41,796 nucleotides of DNA from Lenisia limosa (lineage: Eukaryota; Protista; Breviatea), in assembly GCA_001655205.1 (NCBI GenBank), contig LPNZ01008575.1, forward strand, positions 1 to 41,796. Reading direction: 5' to 3'. Position 1 is the first letter of the stretch; every line of letters starts with the position of its first letter. The position numbers and the translations under genes are program-made. The notes under the pieces were generated by a model, which had not been told where the DNA came from, searched no databases, and saw nothing but the letters and a program-made list of their open reading frames with translations. Shown here piece after piece: positions 23,082 to 33,761 of the stretch.

Positions 23082-25562
23082 ATGATAGAGGCAGAAAAGT
23101 TACTCTTCTTCCTCACAACATTCCTTTGCTGCTGTGCGGTTACGAGTAGTCTGGGTATTGCAGCCACCACCAACGGAACGATTAGCACTTGTGTCGCCCC
23201 TCCAACCGAAGCATGTAGTGCTGCCCGCCTTGTAGGCGCATACGTAATGCTGTGTTCTATTCGACCGCCTAATTCGTTTTCTACCAATCTTATCTCTTTG
23301 ATATATTTAAACAGAACTGTTTATATACACACCTCGATATGTGTATGTTATATATCAAGTGATATATTCATATGATACATATATCCTATTGTCTATTTTA
23401 CCACCTACCTGTTTCAATCAATTGGCCGTTAATGTAATTTTTTCCCTTACATTACTCTACTTTTGCTACTCGATTCATGTTTTAGGAGGACATTAATGAA
23501 GTGAAGGCCAATGTAAGGGGTTCTACTTATTATTAGGGATTGTAAGGCAAATGATTGGGTGAACTAATGTTATACTATAAATCAATATCTCTTATAAGCG
23601 TGATGAGCCAGATACACTTATTTTTAAAGGAGTTTCGGTTTGGCCTAAGAGTAAAATCTCACCCAATCGTTTGTCTAACATCTTCATGTCCCCAGCATAC
23701 CTTCAGGATTAGATTCATGAATTAGATCACATTATATTACAGTAACCCACGCCTTAATCGGGCTCGTGTCACGGATTCAGGAGGTGATATAAATTGGTAT
23801 TTCGGAATTGGATTATAAGCTCTTCCCGTCTTACAGCACAGCATTGTTTTTTGGCACCTCTCACGCTCAATGGTGCAAAATTGAAGTGTGACAACTCCTT
23901 GACAACCACTGGCGAAGGCTCTTGTCAGGTGGGATCTCATTTCGAGCAGATAAGGAATATAAGAAGAAGACTGGTGGGGGTGACAACTGCTAAGATTGTT
24001 TGCACACCATGGCGCGTCTTGACTGATTTCCCTGTTGTCTGTTACGAACCAGGTTTTGTGCCCATACAGCACCCCGGTCACAGACACCATATCATGCACT
24101 AAGGATGGGGGGTGGTCAGCACCGGCCGAATGCACAGGTACACGTTAAAACTATGTCCTGTTGTGAATATTACGCCATGTTACCAGACTTGATAAGTTAA
24201 ACTCCTTACAGCCCCCTAACACCCATCGTGATACCTGTTTAGAGAACTGCAGAACAACTGATGGAGTGTTCTATGACGCCGGCGTGGGCCAAGATGGTAT
24301 GCAGAGGCTGTATTGGCCAATATCAATGGATAGAGATAAAAAATAAAGCAAGGTTGTATGCTAGAATAATCATAATGTCTACTGTATGCCCCCTTCATTA
24401 CCTTCCAGTCTACTGTAAAGACGGCTACATGCTTGTGGGGAATATCGAAGGTGTAGCGTCTGGAGCATCAGTGAGGGGGGTGAAGGAATTTCATAATCTG
24501 GTAATACTAGTTCTTGATATGATATACTATTGATTGTCTTTGTTAACCGTTTCAGAACTACGAATGGGATCAAGATTACGCTGTGAGCTGGCTTTTTATG
24601 TGCTGCTATCTATTTCTTACATAAGTGTCGATATCAATAAATATTATCTGGTGACTGAAATTCACAACATAGACCCCCGACAACCCCCCTCTCCCCACCA
24701 GTGGAACAGGCCTACTAGCTCTGACCAAATTCAAGGCCGGATCAGAGCTGAAGTGGGCGGCGGAAAGAAGGGAATTTCCTGTCCTTTGCACATATCAATA
24801 TACTAGTTGACCTTTGATTCAGTGAAGCATTGGTGTGAATGCGCTGTCATTTCACAAGATTCAAGTACTGTCATTTTTATTTACACTGTCTAAAATCCCC
24901 TAAGGTTTGAGTGCACCCTTGATGGGACAAATTGGAATTCTTACATCCGACCTTCCGGTATGTCTAATGTGCAATTTAAATGGTATATTGCTCAATCTTT
25001 TCTCTACTCCAAGCACGCTTTAATGATTATGCAATTCACCGCTCGAGGCTTCGCAACCTGGAGCCCAGGTGACAAGGGCACCTTCCAAGTGTCCCAGTTT
25101 GGGGTCGTGGCGAAGTACAACGTTTATGCCCGGGTGAACTACTGGCTCTGTGGTGGCAATACTAATGTGAGGGACTGCCAACTCCAATCATTTAAGGATT
25201 GTTAGACCGCAGTGAAAATAAAGACTTGTAAATAACGCTTCCATTTTGTACCAATACGTATTTTGGAACCAAAAGGAAGCTGTCTTCAATTTCTTACATC
25301 TTCATCATCATATTACTATATTCCAGTGCAGCCGTCACCTTTGCAGAATCTCGAAATTTCAGGAGTGGCCATCTGTGCTGGCGACGCAGGGTCTTTTTCA
25401 AACCACTTGTAAGTCGTGTCTTGAAACACTCAGGGGCTAAATCGTTAATGTATAGCTTTCCTAACATTTATCAGAGCGACCTTCGCTGTGTACAATGTTG
25501 ACGGGTCCATCAACATCGGATGCGGCAACAGCGGCCTCAATGGAAGCCCCTCAACAAAGTAG
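23082..25562 (+). CDS. Putative secreted Cys-rich protein of unknown family (multi-exon)
   Basis: Signal-peptide-like start MIEAEKLLFFLTTFLCCCAVTSSLG. Exons include QHCFLAPLTLNGAKLKCDNSLTTTGEGSCQ, IVCTPWRVLTDFPVVCYEP, VYCKDGYMLVG, FECTLDGTNWNSY, GFATWSPGDKGTFQVSQFGVVAKYNVYARVNYWLCGG and ATFAVYNVDGSINIGCGNSGLNGSPSTK*. Some junction phases are unresolved. Confidence 0.55.
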
Positions 25563-25597
25563 GAGGGAACCGGGAACGGATTCTGATTTTTCTGACG

Positions 25598-25669
25598 AGG
25601 GTTTCACTTCGGTCTAAAAAAAGCCCATCATCATCTAATTTCGAGAAATTCGAACCGAAGTGAAGCCCT
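25598..25669. mobile_element. Hairpin/MITE-like family B, copy 1
   Basis: 16-bp terminal inverted repeat agggtttcacttcggt / accgaagtgaagccct (1 mismatch). Related sequence at 37125-37208. Confidence 0.5.
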
Positions 25670-26052
25670 ATCATAATATTATGGTTTTAAGGCAATAAGT
25701 TTGCATCGAAATATGAAATTAACATGGAACATTCAAGTTGTTTCTCACACTTTAGGTGGAGACTATGGGTCAAGTCTGAATAACTCCATGTGCTATAATG
25801 TTTTTAATTTCGTTTTAAGTTATTATTGAGACTTTATTTCGAATTTAGAAATGGGAGAAGTAAAAAAAACATGCCCTATCATAGGGCTTATCCAACTGTA
25901 ACATTGGGATTCGCCTTGTCAATACCTGGTCATTTTTAAACTGATCCACTGCCACAATAGGAGTACATAGCTTGGTTGAATAACAAAGGATTGAGCCGTC
26001 TTAACTCCAAATATATGCATATCATATCCATTTGACAATCAATAACAATTCA

Positions 26053-28161
26053 TCATCCATGCCTCCTTTGTAGCACAGCCCTCATATCGCTCGAGACATT
26101 TGGCATGTTTAGAACAGTTCCACCCTGAGTGGTGATGGCAAATTATGGGGCAAGCATTCCACTAAAGTTTATGTATTCAAATGATTACATGATAAATGAT
26201 AGTGTATCTTGGCATATCTCCTCGTTGTATCCCTCATGGCATAACATATGTGGAGGTGAAAAAGGCCAGCAGCCCCTATTTTGTACAATGTCGATACCCA
26301 AAGTAGCATTGTGAATGTGATACATTAGGATCGAAGTGATACTGATTTTGAAAATAATTTGAGGCTAATTGCCTTCAATCAAACTCGGGTCTACTTACTC
26401 CCATTTACTGATAACAGGCCAACCTTATGATCAACTTGCAGCACATTTGCTCCGGACCCTATCAGTAATTCAACCACTTCTGCATGCCCATTGTTAGCCG
26501 CCATCATCAGCGCAGTCTCTCCCGTCTGGGGGGGGGGGAGTAAAATTGGAAAATTTATAACACGGGTTGATAACAACAACAAAGGCCAGGCCAGTGCGTA
26601 CCTGCAGAGGTTAGATAAAATCTACCTGGGCACAATAACCAAAGCAGGTTTACTTCAATCACCGTTTAGTACCACAGTGAAAGAAGGCCAAAAATGTGAT
26701 ATCAGCTCTACTGGGCCAACATTTCACATATTGGTCATACAAAACTCTGGTACAAGCAAGGTGATTTTCATTGCACAAGAGCTTAAAGGAAGATTTTTTA
26801 GTAAGGCTCGATGCAATTAATTTTTTGAGGAAATTAATTGACAAAATTAGTAACTAAAGTGTCTGAAAAGGGGTTCTCGTTACAATATGTTCCTCGTCAA
26901 ATTTTGCAATTAAATGCACGGAGCCCTAATTTTCAGTGAACATTCTCCCCGCTCACATTATGAGTTGGGATGTTCACATTTAAGCCAAGTTCAACCAATG
27001 CTTTCAATCCAACAAAATCTCCCGTGCTTGCACAATAATGGAGCGGTGAGAGCCCCTGAACTAATAAGTGGTGATCTAGTCCAAGTCAGTGCTGTTACCA
27101 TCTTGTGACCCAACACCAGAAAATTGAAATAACTTTTAAAACAATACGAGAACAGAATAACCTATGAGCCTCCAACCTGCCCGTTGGCGTGCCAGGGGTC
27201 CGCATTGTGAGAAGTAAGAAAGCGAGCCACTTCAGCCCTTTTCGCACATCGCAAACTCAGAGCATAGAAGAGGGGGGACTCTTTCTACATAATATGAGGT
27301 ATGTTAACCCATATCCACTAGTGATATGATCATATGACCGGCTTTCAAGTCGAAATGACGAAATAACACGAGGGTTCATCCCGAGTGTATCAGAGTGTCA
27401 TTGAGACGTGTCGGTCAATTATCATACGAGTGGAATGAGGTATCATCATATCACTGTATGGAGAATGAAAGTTCACCTCTGTGAAAATGATTCAAAAAGT
27501 GTATGATCTAGCGAAAACTGTGAAAATGATTCAAAAAGTGTATGATCTAGCGAAGATGATCCAAAAAGTGTATGATCTAGCAATGATAACCCCACTGCAA
27601 GGGTGGACAGAAAAGTTACCGTACAATCAGAAAATAAAATCTTGCTAATATCACAGAGCTGTCTTCGTGTTGAATTATCAAAAAGAAATGAGAGACAACA
27701 CTCAAATAAATAACCATACTTTCCTATTCGTTGCGTTGATATTTGCGCCTGCTTTGAGCAATAATTCAGCTGCAGCAAAGTTGCCGAATGATACCGCAAT
27801 GTGAAGCGGGGTGAGACTCTGGGGGATAAATGAAGGAAGGGTTTGGAAGCTTGAAGGAACAGTCTAGAAAATAGAAACATTAACTTTTATTCATTATTAC
27901 TATCACTCGTGGCTTTGTGATGAATATACATACATATGCGTATGCTCAGTTGATTTGCAATAACAACTCTCTTCTACCGCCCATCATCTTCTTCTCGCTC
28001 AACCCCCAAATATCATCTTTTCACCCCTCATAGATTTCATCTGACCCCCTCATATCATACCCCTCGCCCACGTCAGCATTCCTGGAATTGGCCTCTGCTG
28101 GAGATTCCTTTAAAAGAGCTTCTAAACGAGGCAAGTCCTTTTCCCCTTCAAGCAGGTTCAT
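26053..28161 (-). CDS. Small ankyrin-repeat protein (~123 aa, 4 exons; more 5' exons could be hidden in the N gap)
   Basis: Exons 28161-28072 (MNLLEGEKDLPRLEALLKESPAEANSRNAD), 27284-27177 (KESPLFYALSLRCAKRAEVARFLTSHNADPWHANGQ), 26525-26424 (TGETALMMAANNGHAEVVELLIGSGANVLQVDHK) and 26124-26053 (GGTVLNMPNVSSDMRAVLQRRHG*). All introns are phase 0. Confidence 0.8.
26526..26580 (-). repeat. 3'-splice-site poly(C) cassette, copy 2
   Basis: Minus strand ...ataaattttccaattttact, C-run, AG sits directly before the TGETAL exon. Also shares ggttgataacaaca with the 35846 copy. Confidence 0.65.
27479..27582. repeat. Intronic tandem repeat (gtgaaaatgattcaaaaagtgtatgatctagc) x~3
   Basis: Visible tandem copies. 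Confidence 0.85.
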
Positions 28162-28173
28162 TATAGTGGGGGA

Positions 28174-28398
28174 NNNNNNNNNNNNNNNNNNNNNNNNNNN
28201 NNNNNNNNNNNNNNNNNNNNNNNNNNNNNNNNNNNNNNNNNNNNNNNNNNNNNNNNNNNNNNNNNNNNNNNNNNNNNNNNNNNNNNNNNNNNNNNNNNNN
28301 NNNNNNNNNNNNNNNNNNNNNNNNNNNNNNNNNNNNNNNNNNNNNNNNNNNNNNNNNNNNNNNNNNNNNNNNNNNNNNNNNNNNNNNNNNNNNNNNNT
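28174..28398. other. Assembly gap (largest of eight; others at 2888-2937, 5096-5149, 12986-13066, 16466-16474, 34564-34608, 35940-36025, 37983-38096)
   Basis: Runs of N, several adjacent to G/C homopolymers. Confidence 1.
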
Positions 28399-29023
28399 TG
28401 GGGTGCATCCTCTCCAACATTTGTCTGAAATTAGACCCCATATCCTCAAGGGGGAATAGGCGATACGTTACACCGCTGGCCCTGCTCCTTGGAACGAGAT
28501 GACCCCCCTTCCACCGCCCCATCTCAAGGCTGCTTTCGAGAAAACTATGCAGGTGGGGATATTGCGAGAAAACTATTCAGGTGGGGAGTAAACAGATTTG
28601 GGGAGATAGACAGGATTATAAAATACCGAGTGTATTAAGAAAACGTTGTGTCATTAATCTTTACGTACGCTGGAGTGATGGGATGCAATGCTGCAGCGAC
28701 TGGCCTGGGCTTTGTTTGTCTTGTTGTTTCAACCCTTTTTGTTGTCAGCCAACAGAGATAATTTGGGGTTTTTTGTTTCATAAACTACTTTCCAATTATA
28801 CTCCCTTATTGGTTGCATGATTGCTTTTTGCTTGCTGAACACTTTACTGATTCAGTACATTTGGGCAGAGGCCGAGTCAGTTCTTTCCTTCGCGAGGTGC
28901 ACAATTTTTGTGAAGGCAGCACGAAACCCTCCTCCTGTAGTTGGGTCCAGTCTTCGAATCGCATCCTACCGAAAGTGCAATGAGGAATTTTGAACCCAAT
29001 TATGATAATTGATTTTTCAGCCT

Positions 29024-30613
29024 GTCCTGGAGATTGATGAAGAACTGATACCTTACATTCGTTCAGCAGAAATTCCAAGGTGGGACACATTAGAGTAGAT
29101 ATAGGGTAGTTAGTCGCAGTCATAGTAATCAGAATTATGATATTACGATTTAATATTGGCATTAAAATAAGGAATTCACCAAAATACCATTCCCAGTATA
29201 ACAAAACACCCCAAACGAACGTCAGATGCACCCATGGGTATTTTACAGGACCTTTTCAAGAACAGGATCATTATTTCGCTCACTGCCTATAACCCGGGTA
29301 GGGTGGAGGAATGTGTTGTGAAGCTTGTTTCTGGTTCCAATGCATTGATAGCAAAAAAATAATCTGTCAACTTTGATAATGTTGAAATTACCCTGGGTGA
29401 GATTGATCTGTTTTATCTTTGTATGAGATGCTTTAAAAATTATGGTGTGAAGATGTAGAACAATTATTTTTAAAATATAATTATTAAAGGTTGTTCCTAG
29501 TTAAAAAGTTCTACATTTTTATACATAGTATATGTAAATACCTTTTCCTTGTCTTTGAGTTTAATGATAAGGTGGTCTGTCACAGTGCAATGATCTCAAC
29601 ATCAAGGCAAATCGAGCATTGGAGAAAGGTGCGAGGATGTTGTTTGACCTGTTTGAGAACACATACTGTGATCTGAATCAAATAGCAATTTTAGATTGTA
29701 AAAAGAGCGATTTCATTCCATCAAATTTGTCTACAATTCTAAATCCTATTACTCGCTAGTTTATTGAAATTGAATCATCATTATTACTACTATATTACTA
29801 ACTCTCTCCGTATCGATGATGCGAAATAGTTTGCTGATGTTTTAGAACTCCATGAGATAAAGTCACACGACGCTATCTTGGGATTTGCCAGGTTGGCGCT
29901 TTGGGTATTTTTCACGAAAAGTTGTTCTAAAGTGAATATCAAAGACACCCATTATCCTACATCACATACCTTTAACCGCTACCGTCAGGTCTGGAGGGGA
30001 ATATGGACCCTGGATTGAACTTGGGTTCTCTGTTCACCTCAACTCTGTTCACCCTAAGGTTTATGAGGTTGGTTGGTCATGGTTTATTTTTACAGTCAAA
30101 ATAAATAGACAATTGCATTTTCACTCCACCGCAATTAAAACCCCAGGCAAAGTCTGCAGTGCTCGCATTAGCACGTAAATATGGACAAGCGGCAGTGTAT
30201 CAATTGGAACTGGACCCCAAGTACGCACTTGATTATGGGTATTTTATTCCAACTTCCTGGTATTATGTTCACAATACGTGGAAACATAATACCAATGCCA
30301 TGACTATTATCTGGAATTATAGATGGCAGAGTGGTAATTGAGTAAGTCGTAACTTTTATTGTTCATTTTGTTTGGAAGATAGCTCTCACGGCTCTGCTTC
30401 CCCATGTTGAATAATAACCCATTTTCCAGGACCGATAAAGTCACACAAGCGATTATCTCGTGCAGCAAGGAGTACGACTGGAGCAAAGCAGATGCGGCTG
30501 AATTAGAGCTGACTGGCTATGCACCAAGTCAATGGTGGGGTGTTTCCTCTAATCTCCTTTCCAACATCAATTCTGTTCTTCAATTATTTTACTGTAAAAA
30601 CCTTTGTTTATAA
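29024..30613 (+). CDS. DUF3293-like protein (multi-exon; 5' end uncertain, possibly from 28678)
   Basis: Exons encode IIISLTAYNPG (~29268-29300), NDLNIKANRALEK/ELHEI, WIELGFSV (~30009-30032) and AKSAVLALARKYGQAAVY (~30147-30200). These match the motif order TAxNP..N..L..W.E.GF..LAxKYxQxA that I recall for DUF3293/PF11697. Not confirmed by a database search. Confidence 0.55.
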
Positions 30614-30776
30614 TACACTCACTATGTAGTTTCGAATTTTTTGAAAGCAAGTGAAGTTGTAAAATGGAATTATTAGAAAATTGAGAATGAATGTATTATT
30701 TTGCATCTTATTTGACGAAATAACACAATTACACGACGTATTAATGTAGCCGAAATAGCAACATCTCTGTTGCATA

Positions 30777-32505
30777 TTAATAGGTCTTCATCACAAGAAG
30801 GTCCAATATCTCAGAGTGTCCCGCGAGAAGAGCCACAGAATGGGGGGAATGGCCGTTCTAAACAGTCAATCCGGATGAATGGAAACACTATATTTGATGA
30901 TCATTTTGTCGACATCACATCAATGACAATCAGTAATATTGGCACCCCGTTTACCAAGTCTTTTTTATTTGGATTGGCGTCATTCTTCAGTAGCATGTCC
31001 ACTATTGCTGTGTGCCCTTGGGAAGCTGCGAGAAGAGGGGACATCCCATTCTATGTGATCAAAGAAAAGGGGGCTATCATATACATTGATGAGGATGGAG
31101 TGGATAAATACAACCTTTTCCTCAACCAAATATGCTGCACCAAATGTCAGCTCACATTGCAGGCAATATTAACGTTAGCGTTGTGGTTAATCAGTAATTG
31201 TACAATTTCGTCATGCCCTTTTAAGGCTGCTATGAAAAGCGCTGTCTTTCCATCCTAAATTGTAGGAATAGATAAATGGGAAAGCCTACATGTAATACAT
31301 CAAGTAAATCAATTAACTAAAAACAATGCTATTTTAAAATAAGGAATCCTTTGGAATATCATTTCCAATTTATTAAATCAGCCCAGCAAACATTCAAAGC
31401 CCTCAACATCCAACCATACATTGTCCCTCATGTTAATATCCGGGGAGTGGGTCAAGATTAGTTTGATGGTGAACAGATGTTCGCCTTCTGCGGCTAATAT
31501 CAATGCTGTTTTGCCATCCTGGTGATGAAGTCAATAAACAGCTTTGGATTGTTACACATCATACAATGAAAACCATCAAAAAAGTATACAATACTGTTAG
31601 TTCTCCTACCTTGTCAACTTGGTTGGAGTCGACATCACGTTCCAAAATGTTCATTACAATGTCGGTATAACCCCATGACGCTGCTACAAGCAAGGGAGTG
31701 CTGCCATCCTTTTTAGTAAGTTGAACTGCAGCGTACCTCAACTTCAGAGTGAACAACTTCCGAAAACCCAAAACAAACAAAAAATATCAATTACTCTAAT
31801 GTAAAATTGGATAATTATATTGTTAAACGCTGTGATAACGAACCTTATTCGCTTGATTTGGATCTGCTTTGTTTGATAGTAACAAATCGACAACATCAGT
31901 GTACCCTTGACTTGAGGCTGCCAATAGAGGAGTAGTTCCCTCCTGCCTGCGTTACTGCTTGTAATTGACAACAGTCACATTTAAACATGTTGTAGTTATG
32001 GGAAATACTATGATTTTCTCATGGAGTATTTGTCGTCACTTTTTAGAATTATGCCTAAGCACAACAACGAAGATTGACAAAACACACTTACGTTATTTGG
32101 TTTATTTACATCAGAGTTGTATTGTAATAAAGTTGAAACGCCTTCAAGGTTTCCGTGAGCAGCTGCTTCTAAAAGTGCGGTGTTCCCTCTCTTCAATGTG
32201 ACAACGAAATAGAGAATAAAAATGAAGACCATGCAAAACTGTTTCTTTTACCACTAGTACCTTATCACAAGAGTCAATGATGCCGGGGTTTTGTTTCAAA
32301 CTCGATTTCAACTCTGAATTATTGCCTTGTGATGCTGCTGCTAAAAGCAAAACTGTGTCCTGAAGAATTACACCACTTCACACTTCAAACAATCCTCTCG
32401 ATGAATACGAGTTGAAATGTTAATTGAGAGTCATCAATACTAGAGTGACGAAAACCACTGTACATGGAGAAGTAGATCCCTTGCTGAACCGACCTGGAAG
32501 GACAT
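30777..32505 (-). CDS. Ankyrin-repeat protein (~8 repeats, one per exon)
   Basis: MSFQVGSARDLLLH, then successive phase-0 exons beginning DTVLLLAAASQG, RGNTALLEAAAHG, EGTTPLLAASSQG, DGSTPLLVAASWG, DGKTALILAAEG, DGKTALFIAALKG, NGMSPLLAASQG and NGHSPHSVALLAGHSEILDLLVMKTY* (stop 30779-30777). Confidence 0.85.
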
Positions 32506-33761
32506 TGGTACTTGGTCCTTATATGCTGTTGAAATAGGAAGTACAGAAATACAGGTTTAAAATTTTCCAATTTTACAACCACAATTACAATATGATTAGT
32601 AATAGTTTTGTTGAACATTGCTTCCCCTTTTTGGAAAGTTCAATAATGAAAAGTGCGGTGGCGCAGTATAACAAGACAAATTTTGGATTTTTGGGAACAA
32701 GATCAACAATTTTCGTAGAGGCATTATTAATATTTACTTGTATAAAAATTGAAGTCTAGCACATCAAGAGAGCCTTCAGAGAGAAGCTTAAGAAGCTGGG
32801 ATGAGCAAATCTTGATCATACCAACTTTGCACGGCGATTCTGACGCTTCTTCCCTGTTTTCCGGAGTAATGTTGCTGTTAGAAAACAATATCGACATCAA
32901 AGTCATGACCCTTGGTATGAGCTTGAGTTTGATTGTATTCCTCAGCTATGTGAGGCTCTTTCTCCCTTGGCATCATCATTGAACATAGTTAATTCCTGTA
33001 CTTCCACCGTTCAAATTCGCCTTCAACATAAAGGCGCTGAGAAATAGTAATCTAGTACCTTTGGGGTATATTAACAGCAGGCCTCCTGCAAGTGTGGATT
33101 TTCAAGCCACTGGCCCGTTTTACCAAAATAGCAACACTTGTTAGCGTTTGCAATGGTTTCGGTTGAAAACCTTGCTCGTAGTCTTCAACCATGAAGCTGC
33201 TACCCTCCTCCGAGCACCATGGCCTTCGTGAAGTTCACATCCCCCCTCCCCTAGATCAGACAAATAGATCCACCCCCGAATGGCTGAATGAAGGATGCGG
33301 CATGTCAGATTGCATAAGGAGCTCTCCTGGCAGACTCCCTTGATCCCCCTGAGCCGGACCTGGGACTCTGTCCAAGCTAGGAGGTACATGTATATTCAAG
33401 CGAAGATTGGAAGCTGGCACTTACTTCATGACTTTATTTCGTGAGTATATTATGATATCCACCTCACGTTTGTATCTGGTGTTTGATCAAAGTACCCCTA
33501 TTTATGATTCACACTTGGCAGTGCACCCAACTCGTGCATACTTTGATGAGATGGGACAAAGCAACAGTAATTGTGGGAAATGTAGGTACCTAAGCCCCAC
33601 AAGATAAGATCACATTTAGACTGATATTTGGATTCAAACCAAGCGGAAATCAATGTTACTTATTATTATTTTGATAAACTACCATATCATATATTACTAA
33701 ATTATACTAAAAGTATGTAGTATGATATCATGTGCTAATTCAAGAGATAACCCATGGGGAT

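Noticed and set aside
28860-28970. Minus-strand DAIRRLDPTTGGGFRAAF, resembling a vWA motif
   Set aside because: No MIDAS or other vWA motifs nearby, the frame stops quickly, and the plus strand here leads into the DUF3293-like gene.
30770-31258. 162-aa plus-strand ORF
   Set aside because: It is antisense to three clear ankyrin exons.
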